A DNA stretch of 64,000 bases from Coniocarpon cinnabarinum (lineage: Eukaryota), in contig JAVECO010000013.1 of NCBI GenBank assembly GCA_051942205.1, forward strand, positions 1 to 64,000. Reading direction: 5' to 3'. The notes under the pieces are model-generated. The model made no database searches. It had not been told where the DNA came from and saw only the letters and a list, made by a program, of their open reading frames with translations. Below, one piece after another: positions 23,925 through 36,009 of this stretch (the first letter of the stretch is position 1; every line of letters begins with the position of its first letter). The position numbers and the translations under genes are program-made.

Positions 23925-24581
23925 TTAATGGTGTATCTGCTGTGCCCGGCAGCGGCTCTGAGAAGACACTGGTGAACTGTTGACAAGTGAGTCTTTGTAC
24001 AAGTTACCACGTTGTTCAGATGGACAGTCTTGACCCACCTCTGATTCCAAAGTGGAAAGCAGCGGCTTGAGTTGAAGTTCATTCTCGACCCAGCGAGTCC
24101 ATTTCAGCTCCCTGGCTCGGAACAGCAATGCAATGCGCGTCTCCCAAGTCTTCTTGGGCCCGGCGAGCTGTGCCTGCTCCGCCTCTCCAGGAGGGCGGGC
24201 TTTGTGGTGCTCCTCCATGGTCCGTAAATCAGGAAAGAGACGTTCCCTCAGCTGAGCAGCGTAATTTATCATCGCCCTCTCGGCTTGCAGAGTACCAATC
24301 GCGGCCAATCGGAGCATCTGTTCCATATTGTTGAAGAACGCCTCGTACGCCGATATGATCCCGCGCAGTAGGTATATCAATTCTGGGAGAAAGCTCTTGC
24401 TTGTGAAATATATTTGCTAAATGGAGCCGATGCGCTCGTTGTAGACCATTGTGCGTCTGTAGAGCTCTCCGGGGAGCTTGTTATCGGTGTGGCTGAAGCA
24501 CAAGGGCGGCTTGAAGGCGTTGAAGACATGACGGAAAATGTGGATTTTGATCTCGGATGGCAATGAAACGAATGTAGTCAT
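23925..24581 (-). pseudogene. F-box-like ORF interrupted by one in-frame TAG
   Basis: ATG 24581 reads MTTFVSLPSEIKIHIFRHV. TAG at 24419-24417, after which the same frame stays open to 23925. Confidence 0.55.
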
Positions 24582-24984
24582 GTCTGCAAAAAATGCTGTG
24601 GTATTAATGTTCTCGTTGGCTGGCGGGGATGAACGAAAGTGATACTTGGCTGACGGTGGACACTAAATTGGAAGGAGCTACCTAACAAAACTTACACCTG
24701 CTTGGTCAGATACACCTTGCTTCCCTCTCGTAAGTTATCACCGACGGCCATTGCGAATGTCTTCTGGAACCTTGTAGTCTCGACGCTGTGTGTCTCTAAA
24801 TTTGCTAATCCCCTCATATCAAAATATGAGAACCCCTCTGATCAACAGGTTCGACGCAGTCTAGAAGACGTATTGGCTGGACCGCTAATTCCGACGCATC
24901 GAAAACGAGGTCTTTGTGAAACTGAAAGCGCTGGAAGCTCATTAGATTCGTTTGGATCGTTCATTGGTCCTACGCTTTGTCTCA

Positions 24985-25902
24985 TTATGACCATGAACTA
25001 CAAATCTCCCATCCAAGCGCGTCCTGCAGATTCTCGAGGAAGGTGCACGACCACTCACTGAACGGAGCAGACTTGTCACAAGTATCACAATGATGATCGC
25101 CTAGCCATGTGGCTCGACGTGGGCATTCGCGACTCGTCGCAGTGCAATTCGGACACTCGTAGCGCAGCGGTCGTTCGTGCAGATCCAGTAACATTCGGTT
25201 CTTCAGTGCTGGCAACTCGTCAAGACAGGTTCGCAGTGCGGTATCGAATGCAGAATCCGATCCAGGTTGGAATATGGCGCCCTGTACGTGATGATTGAGA
25301 AAACTTGCAATGAGGTCCTGTGACTCTTGATCATCCTGTTGATGGACGCGCCTCCAAATCTGAGTGACTGCGTCGATGAAATCGTCATTCGCTCGAAGTA
25401 TTCGTGGTTCAGGAGTCATCGTCCGGAAAGGGTCGCTGTTGGCAAAATTCAGTGTTGAGAAGATCTTCCTGGCAATGATGCTGTCCACGCCCTTGACCAG
25501 AAAACGATCTGCGATATCGGATAGACGAGTGTAGGCTGGAAGTTCGAGGCCATCGTTGCTGAAGTGGCCCCAGTCGTCCATGTGTAAATAAGTATCCAGA
25601 ATAGCAGAGTCAAACATGAAGTCGCCGGTATACATGAAGCTCAGTAACGCCCGAAAGACTTCGCAGAGCACATAGTCATCTTCATGATCGGTGATGTTAA
25701 CCTGACATTGCTCGTTCTCCTTGAATTGGCCCTGAGCAGATGAGAACATTGCACGGAAGTAATCGCTCTTCGCGCTCAGCACTCTCTTGTGAACCCGAAA
25801 GTGTTGATCACATTGGGTAACTATGAAGTCTGGCTCGCCTTCGTCACAGGCAGATTCCAGGTATTCCTCCCAGAGGACATTGTCATCTTGAGTGGTAAGC
25901 AT
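24985..25902 (-). CDS. BTB/POZ-domain protein with C-terminal CxxC..CxxC
   Basis: PDFIVT..FRVHKRVLSAKSDYFRAMF..FKE..FRALLSFMYTGD, then CPNC..CDTC. Confidence 0.9.
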   Translation of the reverse strand: MLTTQDDNVLWEEYLESACDEGEPDFIVTQCDQHFRVHKRVLSAKSDYFRAMFSSAQGQFKENEQCQVNITDHEDDYVLCEVFRALLSFMYTGDFMFDSAILDTYLHMDDWGHFSNDGLELPAYTRLSDIADRFLVKGVDSIIARKIFSTLNFANSDPFRTMTPEPRILRANDDFIDAVTQIWRRVHQQDDQESQDLIASFLNHHVQGAIFQPGSDSAFDTALRTCLDELPALKNRMLLDLHERPLRYECPNCTATSRECPRRATWLGDHHCDTCDKSAPFSEWSCTFLENLQDALGWEICSSWS

Positions 25903-27305
25903 GGAGACCGGACTCGCAATGTCGGTAGAACGGAGCTGGATCTTGAGTCGAATGATTCCTGATTGCTATGCAGACAACAGAGTTGTTCTTCAATTCATCA
26001 ATGCAGAACGAGTACTAAGATTGAACCACGCGATGGACTTTTTGATCAACTAGGTACAAGTGCAAGGTGCAACAGAGATGCGTACTGCGTCCCGGGCGCA
26101 CAGTGTCATCGAACGGTTCATAATACTCCGCAGCATTTGAACAGATGAGCTACGATATAGTCAAGACGACAGACGCTCACTGCGAAATCTTGACTCTATC
26201 CGTGGTCGTCACCAGAGCTCAACGAAACGTCAAGAACCAAATCACGCAAATCGTTCACGCCACATTCACAATGCATCTCTGCTCTATTTCGCACTCCATG
26301 TCGTCGCTTCGCACGATCGCAAGACTCTTCCACTTTATGTTTTCTACCTTCGAGAAACCCAAGGGCCTTACGCTGGGCATTGGCGCAAGATGTTCAGACA
26401 TCTCACCTCATCTCAGAACTCCAGCTTAAATTCTATCGCACATCCATATTCGTCCAGCACGGATGCGTCCTTCGGCGGCACAATGCGTGACTCCATGTCA
26501 GTGAGATGTCAGTGTTTCTGCGACAGAAAAAAAATTGTCGGCTCGACGATAGCGCGATAAGGGATGAGCATCACGTGACGGCTATGCCAAGCGCAATCTC
26601 TCTGCGCGCACGGACCTATCGGTCATCTAGAATCCACTGGCTGTGCAAACTTGACCAGCTAACGATTTTGCAGAATCGAGTATAAGGTCATCAGCACGAA
26701 TCTCGGCAGCTCTTAATTGGCCCAAAGATGGTGACTCGATCGGCCAATAGGCCGTGGTTCCTACTGGCAACGTGTTGTAACTTGTAACTTCCCGGACCCC
26801 AACTTCTGTTTGTGGGCGCTCCACCCGTGCCCCGTTATCCCCTTATAGTGATCCTTCGACCATTGAATGTCCTATGAGTGTTCTATTGATGTCGATGTAT
26901 CGTGCTAATGCTTTTGTTAGAGAATGGTGTTCATCAGCTCGCAAAGCAAGGAGTTGGTGCAAAGAAATCGCCAAGGGTTACGCACCCAATCTGCGTCTTG
27001 CTTGAGATTGGCGATGATTACATGGGGCGAATTCTTGAAATCTGATGTGAATACGCGCTTGCAGTGGCTGGTGTAGCCACTGTGGTCTTACATTGCTCGC
27101 CAGCGATTTTGGATCAGCCGACGTCATGCACCTTCGCACAAGCTGTCATTTTCGTCAAAAGAGTACTGCATTGTAGGTATCGCATAGCCCGCAGATTCAA
27201 ATGGAGATGTTTCCCACAACGACGGGCTGCTTCGACATGTGTTGAAGGCCGGTAAACGCGAGACATTGCTCGTATACTTCTGTCCTCGCTGACGCGCCCC
27301 TACAA

Positions 27306-27986
27306 ATGTCATCTGCCGCCGCTCTCCAAGCGACCCAAGGCTTTTCCTATCCTGTACATCAGGCTAAAGGCACCGCATGGAGGAATACCTTTTGGCACTG
27401 TCATCCGCATGCTTGGTTCTTTCGAGTGTACGACCTCGAGGAATTTGACCATGGTAGACTCAAGGTGAAGGAGGAGCATGCCGACTTTGAAACGTACAAG
27501 GTGGTCTTGCCCTCGGACATCGCCGCCCAAGCTCCTCAATACCACCGGATCAAGACCTCGATCCCCTTGCTCACGTCATCGAAAGGCACCCTGATAAGGT
27601 CTGATGAACTAGAAAAACTCGTGAAGCTCTTGAGAGACATTGAGCCCCGATGGCGCGAAAACGTTGCAGACGCCAACGAAAACTTGGTGGTCTACCTGAA
27701 AGGTTGCTCCTCCGAACGGGACCAGCTGAAGTCGTCTGAATTCTGGCACGCGTGGCTGAAGTCGCTGGGCTTCTGGGAAGGTCTACAACAGCGGGTGAAG
27801 CAAGGGAGGAAGTTCGAAGTCCTCGCCATGCTGGCATACGTGCAACTTCAATACTGGAAGAACCCGGGTCGCAACAACTATGATCCTATCTTGTGGGATG
27901 AGCCCAAGGACCCACAAAAGCAGTCATTTGTAAAGGAGAAAGGGAGGAGTTTCTCGCCATCTGGTTTCGCTCATCCTACTGAGTGA
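27306..27986 (+). CDS. Hypothetical protein, 226 aa
   Basis: Intact ORF with good start context (caaATG) and C/G-ending codon bias. No family recognised. Confidence 0.6.
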   Translation: MSSAAALQATQGFSYPVHQAKGTAWRNTFWHCHPHAWFFRVYDLEEFDHGRLKVKEEHADFETYKVVLPSDIAAQAPQYHRIKTSIPLLTSSKGTLIRSDELEKLVKLLRDIEPRWRENVADANENLVVYLKGCSSERDQLKSSEFWHAWLKSLGFWEGLQQRVKQGRKFEVLAMLAYVQLQYWKNPGRNNYDPILWDEPKDPQKQSFVKEKGRSFSPSGFAHPTE

Positions 27987-28912
27987 GTTCCCACTCGCTC
28001 GAACCGCCGGCTCCGGGCTTTACCGCTGCGAGTATGCTGCGGTCTCAGGCCCACACCAAGCGACTCCAAGTGCATTGCGATCAGACGAACAAGATGAGCT
28101 TGAGAATTCAGTCATGGACATGCAGCCCAGCCAAGCCAACAGAGATGAGACTTGCCGTGCAGACTCTTGGGCTACAGTTTTGTGAGAAGCGAAGCTCTCT
28201 CCCGATGCTGGTTCGCTCCGCGCAATTGACTACAGCTGGTCTCATCGCGGTAAGTCTTGATGGGCAGGATGTTCAGGAAGTATATGTGATACCGAATGTA
28301 GTGTTTGATTGCGCTAGCCGCGAGATTAGTGAAGACGTGTTTTTGTAAGAGGTATGTACGAATATGTACAAGCTAGCCGCCAAGGTCGGGTTCTGTAATA
28401 GCTTATTAATTTCAGATCAGCTAAAAATAACATTTCTTAAGCGTGGAAAGCTAATCTTGAGCCAGCTATTCGGTATCCGAATGACAGCTGTGAATGACCT
28501 GTATTTATTACGTCATCTTGAACAGTCTCACCTACGCTACTTACCTTCACCTTAACGGCAAACCGACTATTAGCTGTAAACTTCGGCCGCACATGTGAAG
28601 CACTACAGACACGTCTCTGTTGATGACTCTGAATAATGTGTTTGCCGCCTGCTGATCATCCTGGTTCACTGTGATCTCTTTTAGACCTCTGTCGGGATCT
28701 TCCTCCCGTCTCGGCGATTATGCACGTTCATCGCCGGCGGCTCAAGTAGGTATGACGAAGCTGTGCCCCATTTGTAGCTTGAAACATCCCATACCACTGC
28801 TTGCATTGTGAGTTTCCAGTTCCTGGTCTTTCACCCACCTCTTAGATTTCTGTGATTCTTCAAAGCTTAGCTCGAGCTTCTGACAACTGTCTTCCGTCAT
28901 CAGCCGGTCACA

Positions 28913-29901
28913 ATGTCATCGTGGCTCATCACCGGTGGCTCATCCGGCGTTGGACTTGCCCTAAGCCGCGCCGTGTTGAACAAGGGATGCACCGCTGTCC
29001 TTACATCTCGTAACGTTGCCAAAGCCAAGGAGTCAGCTGCTGACATCGAAAAGAGCGGAGGTCACTGGCTGCAACTGGATTACTCCGATTCAGACCTCGA
29101 ACAAAAGGTCAAAGACACGGTCTCACGTTACAAGATTGACACGTTGGTGAACAATGCAGGATACGCGGCTGTCGGCGCCGTGGAGGACTACAGGTGCGTG
29201 TGTAATCATGCTTGATCGTTAGTACTCTGTTGATAATGCTGCCTCAGTCATAAAGGCATCCTTGCCCAATACGAGAGCAACGTCTTCGGACCCATTCGCG
29301 CAGTCCAAGCCGTGATTCCTTCCTTCCGTGAGCGTCAAACGGGTGTCATTGCAAACATCGGAAGTGCCGTGTCTTTTAACGGCATGCCCGGTAATACTAT
29401 GTATGGCTCGACCAAGTCCGCTCTCCGCAGTGAGTTCTCCTCTCAATCCACCCTTGCTCTGACCCTCTCATTATCCCAAACCCCTTCTTCAAATGCTAAC
29501 AATAGCGTCTAGCCATCACAGAAGGTCTCGCCCTCGAACTCGCCGACTTTGGCATCCGTGTCCACCTCTTCGAGCTCGGCCGCTTCGAAACAAACTTCGG
29601 CAACGCCATCTCTCTCCCGGTCGAAAGCGGGTTCAGCGCCCCTTATAGAGGTACCGCCGTCGATAAGACACTGACGTATCTGCGGAACATGGGACCCGCA
29701 AATGGCGATCCCCAGAAGGCGGCTGAGCGAATCTACGAAGTTGTCACGCAGACTGGAATGGCGACCGATGAGAAGGTAAAGGGGAAGACGCGCGTGGTTT
29801 TGGGACCCGAAGCGCAGGCCAGAATGGTGAATACCGGGAAGAGTTGGCAGGAGTTGGGTGAGAGCATGGCAGATTTTGCGGCGTCGACGAGTTTCAAATA
29901 G
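28913..29901 (+). CDS. Classical short-chain dehydrogenase/reductase
   Basis: WLITGGSSGVG, LVNNAG and YGSTK motifs. Introns 29194-29247 and 29430-29512. Confidence 0.92.
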
Positions 29902-29912
29902 GAAGGCTAGTC

Positions 29913-30875
29913 TCAGGAGCCAGTCTCAGTTGGGAGAAAGTGGACGTATTCGCGGAGTAATGATTCCACCTCCTTGAGGGTGTACGTCCAGAACAGCTGG
30001 TTCGAGGTCGAAGGGAGACGCGTTCTCCATTCGCTAACATGCGGGACCGCACGTCTGGCATCTTGCAGCAGCTCCTTCAGAGCCCGCTGACCACTCCGCA
30101 GCGGCTCATCGCGGATCATGACACCAACATCGGCATCAAGCAAGCATTCTACATCCGTCAACGAATCCCCAATATACACCTTCAGATATTCAGAACGACC
30201 CTTGCAATACTCCTGCATCACGTGCAATTTCTGATCGCTTGTGCACAAATTCGGCCACGTACCGCCTAGCCTGGGCAACTCGTTCGCTTCAACAACAATG
30301 CTGTGCGTCATCAGGAAATGCGAGTCTGTTGCTGCGGTTAGGATCTGACGGATCCACTCGGCGCTCCAGTTGACGCTCAAGATGGCTACCATGCGCTCAA
30401 CAGGACTTTGTGTTGTGTTCGCGTCGAGCATACTAATTGACTTCATCAAATCAATCGCGCCGTCACGTAGTTCGACGTCTTGACTTTCGAGCGCGGTCCA
30501 AGCCCCTTTCTCGACGTCCTTGACTGTGATATCGTTAAAGATCCCGGCGTTCATGACCCGTTGGTGACTTGCTTCCTCAACAATCCGAAGACGACGTTGA
30601 TACGCAATGGCGTTCTCCATTCTCGTTTGAGGTGGCTTGTCTGCGTAGACTTCGTCGAGATCCCGTTTGTGATTTGTGTATGATTCGTAGAAGTGGGACC
30701 ATGGTGGGACATTGTTATTGCTGTTGCGGGCGTAGCCGACGTGGGTTGCTAGTGCGCTCAGTGTATCATTTTTCGTGAGGGTGGAGTCGAAATCGAGGAA
30801 GAGGCAGATGCTGCGGGGAACTTTTCTGGCCATCTCCAACAATGATACAATCTCTACTCGGCTGGGATCGTTCAT
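29913..30875 (-). CDS. HAD-superfamily phosphatase (Cto1 / thiamine-phosphate-phosphatase-like); start 30875 or 30833
   Basis: LFLDFDSTLT (motif I), ILSVNWS (II), K (III) and YIGDSLTDVECLLDADVG (IV). Confidence 0.85.
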   Translation of the reverse strand: MNDPSRVEIVSLLEMARKVPRSICLFLDFDSTLTKNDTLSALATHVGYARNSNNNVPPWSHFYESYTNHKRDLDEVYADKPPQTRMENAIAYQRRLRIVEEASHQRVMNAGIFNDITVKDVEKGAWTALESQDVELRDGAIDLMKSISMLDANTTQSPVERMVAILSVNWSAEWIRQILTAATDSHFLMTHSIVVEANELPRLGGTWPNLCTSDQKLHVMQEYCKGRSEYLKVYIGDSLTDVECLLDADVGVMIRDEPLRSGQRALKELLQDARRAVPHVSEWRTRLPSTSNQLFWTYTLKEVESLLREYVHFLPTETGS

Positions 30876-31941
30876 TTGAATTTTTGAGCCAAAGGCTTGG
30901 GTGTTGCTACTATGGATGAGAAGCCATTTTTCAGACTTGAGTAGGATTTTCAGGCCTAGCGCCAAGCAAGAGTCTCAAGTTGCCGCCCATGCGAGGCCGT
31001 GCTCACGTATGCTTGGATTTCTGGACTTGGAAAAATGACGGTCACAATGGTGCATCATTCGCATCACATGATCACGTGACATACCAGCGAGAGACTTGCC
31101 GCATTCAGCAGTACTCGATGCATGGAGCTGTCTTCTTGCCGCCCCCAGAAAAGGCAAGGGTCAATGACAGATGTCGCTGCCGGGCCCGTTAAGGAGATCC
31201 AAGCACGCCAAGTCTCCGAGATAAGCCTTTAGCATCAAGGAACATATAGCCTCCGAGCTTTAAATACGGCGGCGAATGATCTATGCGGCTTCCAGAGCAT
31301 CGCAATATATCGCGGCAAGTGCTCCTGTCAATATCGCGCGGGGATAGCGAGCCCTTAACATCTGCGGTTTTGAGGCCAAAGAGCTATGGATACAACGGCC
31401 ATCGCTCTTAAAAGCTTTATCAAGCATCAACTTTTACAGCGCTATGGGTTGTTGTTTGATACAACATAGATTCTTGGTGGGATGTCTTCAGCCTACAGGT
31501 AATGAGATTCCGAAAATTGTGTCCCTGTAGCGGCAAATAGTCTCTGCGCTTTGCAAAGGCTGTTGTCAAGAGCTACTTATGATTCTAGGCAAGAGAGCTA
31601 TTCCGCTAATGTCATCAAAGCCACTAAAGATCACTGCGTATTAGCTACGAAAAGGGAGTGAGCGTGGTCTTGTTAAATAAAGTTTGCTAGCTGAGCTAAG
31701 GGGAGAATGTCAACGCAACGAAGCGTCTTTGTGCCAGAAGTCCATCCTTATTCTACGGCTGAACGTTATCCTAACTTGGTGAGTGTTCATGCCTTATCGA
31801 TTCACGTTCAGAATGAAAAGGTTGTACCTCTGCTTGGGCATGCTAGCGGTCCTCCCATAGCGTGCCTGGGTCAGAGTCGTCTACTTCGTAGTCGGAAGAC
31901 ATAGACTGAGTATTTGACGACTTAACATCTATATGTGATTC

Positions 31942-34483
31942 TCATGCTTCCAAATCATGATCTCGAAACGAAGCTTGGAGCAATTTTCTCTTACGAGGTG
32001 CGAACATATCATTAGGATCTGGTAAAAACATCGAAATCGTACCTTCATGACCATCAACAATAGCTTGCAATAGAGCATTGCGGAAGCTGAGCACTGGAGG
32101 ATCCTCTTCCGAGCTCAGAGTGAGTCGTAAAATTTCAGGCCTCTTCATTGAAGCTGCTAACTCCGGTGCATCTCCAAAGAAACCTTTATTCTCACCAAGT
32201 TTTGATCCCGAGTTGAGTAAGAGCGAGACCATAGCTTCGTTACCGTCAATTATTGCTCGTTGAAGTGACGTTCCAAACGGTGGATCTGATGGTGTGTCTA
32301 TGTCCGGCACTGCATTCTTGTCGGGATACATAAGAAGCTTGAAGATTTCGGCATCACCCGTATCAAGCGCAGCGGTCAACCGCGTGCCCAAAAATGGATC
32401 CATCACGCTGACGATTGCATGATGTGACAGGAGGTGTCTTACGACCTCCAGATAGCCCCTTCGCACGGCATGACGAAGTGCGGCTCCATTCCGGGCATTA
32501 ACGTCCGCGCCCTGCTTGATAAAATACTTGACCACTTCGAGTTGGCCGGATTGGCAAGCAGCTGCGAGTGGAGTTCCACAGAAACCCCCTTCAGACTTCA
32601 ATGCAAAGGGTGAAGCTTCCAGAACTTTATGACTTTGTCAAGTTCTCCAAAGAGGGCGGCAGCGCGTAGGATACTTCCCGGCTCCGAACGGCTTTTCACT
32701 CCAAGCCTGAGGAGCATAGGCTCAGAGAAGCTATGAGGTGAGGATTGGAGGCTTTCATTGAGTAAGCTCTGATCATATTGAGCTTTTGAACTATAAAGAT
32801 GTGCCTCTTGAGAGAGCTTCCTAGTTGCGAAACGCTCAGACCGACGTACTCTGTCTGTGTCCTTGGGACCGTCTCATCCGCTCTGAAAATTTCAGAGGAC
32901 TGTGAAGTATGTCTCCCTGATCGCAAGATCGTGAGCTTTGCTTTCGTTCGTAATATATCTGGATGATTCATTGCCTGATCGTTTCCCCTATAAAGATCGA
33001 AGAAGTATTGCATAACTTGTTCGAGCATTTGCTCAGCTCGATCGAATTTCTTCTCCTCTGCGTATACCATCGCTAATCCTGACATGGTCGATAGAGTATC
33101 ATGGTGTTTGAGGCCCAGAGTCGATTTCTGAACATCAAGCACTTCCCTATAGATTGACCTTGCTTCGTCGATGGGACACTGACAACGGAAGGTCTCGGCC
33201 AAATCTTTGGCGATTCTGAGAGCACATGGATGACCCGCCCCACATTTACGACCAATGGCTTTTCGCGATCTTTGAAGCATTTTCTCGACAAGATAACGGC
33301 AAGCTGCGCTTCTTGCACCAGCGTGAACATATTCTCTGGTCCAAAGTTTTCTTTGACTTTGTGCGCTGCTCTTACGACGTCTCTACATCGGATTTCGCAT
33401 TCTTCCAAGTCACCTTGATCAAAGAGTACTCCTGCAAATATGCTCATCAGTACTGTACCCTGTTCTGTGTGAAGAGGCTCGCACGCAATACTCTCAAGAG
33501 CAGCGTGTAGGATCGCTCGAGCTGCTAAAAGTTTCCCCTGGCGGCGAAGTATTGTGGCTAGATTTCCAGCGCACATCTGGGTGAGAAGATGCTGATTACC
33601 CAGCTCACGACAACATTTCATGGATTGCCACGTCTCTTCGCTCAACTTCTCAGCTTCACTGTACCTGCACAAATGCATGAGCATCAAAGACTGTTCTTCG
33701 CAACATAGAAGGAACGAATCTGGAGGAGCTCCATTGGTAATCTTCCTGTATTCCTCCGCTGCTTTACGATACTTTTGCTCAGCAAGTTCGTACCGGGCTT
33801 GATCGGCGAGGATGTAGGCTGAATAGAATAGTTGCCGAAGATTTTCTGGAGCGCGTGAACCAATGTCGGTCAGACACGCTCTGTAACTTTGAGCTGCGCC
33901 TGGATACTGGCTGAATATCGGTGAGGCTTTTTCGAAAGACATAGGAAGGCTAGCATACTCTTCCCCACATCGTTTGAACGTTGCTCCACACGCCAACGTT
34001 TTTTCATCAAAGGGGTCTTGGTACATAAGCACTAAGGACGCCTGAAAAGCGACTGCTTCGAAATTATGGGAAATGCTGATGAAAGCGAATCGCCTATTTG
34101 TGGGGTATACTTACGAAGGCTCTTTGGGCAGATGATGCCAGGTTAAGAGACACAGCCGATGATAAGTAAGTGGGCGTGGCAGTGTGTGCAAACGCGAGCA
34201 CAAGCCTTGCACACGTGCTGCGACTTGGATTCTGAGCCTCTGAGAGCACAAACGCAGTGTCTGGAGTTCGCTCACGTGAGAGAACGGAGAACGCAAAATA
34301 CAAGTTTGCTGCGCATTGATGCGGCTCTGCAGGCAGTGTGCCGGCTTTGGCCAAAGACAAGTGGTGCGAGCCTCCATTTCCATCATGATGGCTATCATCG
34401 GATACTTTGAATGCTCGACACAATCGAGATTGCCAACTAAGCCTGACCTGGAAGTTTGCTGCCAAGATCTTGAATCGAAGCAT
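31942..34483 (-). pseudogene. Frameshifted TPR (kinesin-light-chain type) + ankyrin repeat gene
   Basis: TPR-like segments (LGNQHLLTQMCAGNLATIL, LGLKHHDTLSTMSGLAMVY) and ankyrins (GGFCGTPLAAACQSGQLEVVKYFIKQGADVN) lie in different frames. Shifts near 33280 and 32630 have no obvious splice signals. 5' end uncertain. Confidence 0.7.
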
Positions 34484-34998
34484 GGCGATTCCAAAGCTTT
34501 ACGCTGTATGACCGGGGCGAGGATGAGGAGTGTAATCGGCCATGTATAAGGCGTTCCTTATATCGGAGAGTGACCTTTTTTAAGAGGCAGAACAAATTTA
34601 TGTTGAAAATCATTATGACTTAAGGCGAGAAAAAGCGCTTCAGGTACTTAGGTTGGAGCGGAAAACGCTGCCTCTCCTGCACCTGAATAGACCCAATCAA
34701 GCGACTAAGACCCGAACGCTGCCAGAATTCTCAGGGGTATATGGATGAATTGGCCCTGAAGCTGAGGGATATAAGATAGGATGCGGATAGCGTACGGCAG
34801 CAGATTTGATACAGGTCTGCAGCGAACAGCTGGTATTATACAGATCGATACTGCAGGATGAACTGCAACTGAGGAAATAGAAACGCCGTCCACATTCAAT
34901 AAGGTCTGAGCTGCCTTCACTTCATCCACGACGCCACAGAACGGGACCGGCAAAAAATCTGTTGAACTGGAGTCATGGCGAACGCTTTGCCAGGAGTT

Positions 34999-36009
34999 TT
35001 AGGCGGTGACGACCGAGTCTTTGGACGACTGTGCTCCCTCATCGTCAGTTTTCAAGCTGCTCACTAGGCCAAGCTTCAAAGCCCAGTCCTTTTGCTTGCT
35101 TGTCGCGAGCAACTCATGAGCCATTTCTAGACGACGATTGTATCGTTTCGCACCTGTCTTTCGAACTGTCATCTCCTTCATATACAAGATATCGGTGAGG
35201 CCGTTGCTGACTGCGAGCAGGCCACCGTTCACCATGAACATCACGAGAATCGTAATCTTGCCGACCTGAGTACCATTGCTTGCAAGCGCTGCGCATAGGT
35301 AAACAAGCATTGTAGCCACACCCTCCATTGCGCTCTCAAAAGCCGTTGTCTCGCGTAGCCATTGACCCGATGTGACAGCTTTGAGATCGTCCACAAACCC
35401 TGTCATTCGGAACCAACGATCTTGGCTTGCGAGGATGAGTAGAGACGCGTACTGGCCCGGTTCCTTGGTGCCATGCCACTGCGCATCACGTCTTCGTTGG
35501 ATGATGACGACGTTAAGCAAACGCGCGATAATCAGCATTGCAAAGACTCCCATCATCCAAAAGTCCTGAATCGCGATGACCAACGCCAGTCCAAAGACAG
35601 TCATGCACAAGGCTGCAAGGTAACAGAGTTGCGCCAGAGGAGGCCCAGAGAGATCTAAGAGAAAGGGGAAGTATCGCAAAGGTCGTTGATCGGGACCAAC
35701 TTGCAGCTCAGTCAAATGACCGGTCTTGCCGACGGTCTGCATGTAAGCGACAGTCGCTTGGTTCTCAATCCGAAAGATGTAGTTTGTGTTCATATTGGCT
35801 GTCATGGGATATTCCCCGCCGTTGAGCAACGTCGCATCTTGCTGTCGGTGTATTCCGGGACACAACACAAGCGCGTCGCAGCAAGACGCTGAACTGGTCA
35901 GCGCTGTCCCTCGCTGTATAATCTTCAATTCTGCGATGGCAATGAGGCCAGCGGCATCCAGGATCACATTGGAGGCCACTCTTTCTGCCCACGCTTTCGC
36001 TGAGACCAT
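34999..36009 (-). CDS. Uncharacterised fungal membrane protein (about 4 TM segments)
   Basis: Intact 336-aa ORF with hydrophobic segments and motifs LDAAGLIAIAEL, YIFRIENQATV and GFVDDLKAVTSGQWLR. Confidence 0.8.
   Translation of the reverse strand: MVSAKAWAERVASNVILDAAGLIAIAELKIIQRGTALTSSASCCDALVLCPGIHRQQDATLLNGGEYPMTANMNTNYIFRIENQATVAYMQTVGKTGHLTELQVGPDQRPLRYFPFLLDLSGPPLAQLCYLAALCMTVFGLALVIAIQDFWMMGVFAMLIIARLLNVVIIQRRRDAQWHGTKEPGQYASLLILASQDRWFRMTGFVDDLKAVTSGQWLRETTAFESAMEGVATMLVYLCAALASNGTQVGKITILVMFMVNGGLLAVSNGLTDILYMKEMTVRKTGAKRYNRRLEMAHELLATSKQKDWALKLGLVSSLKTDDEGAQSSKDSVVTA

Noticed and set aside
30876..31200. TPP riboswitch upstream of the thiamine-phosphatase-like HAD gene
   Set aside because: The conserved GCUGAGA and CUGAU..UAAU..GCG aptamer motifs are absent.
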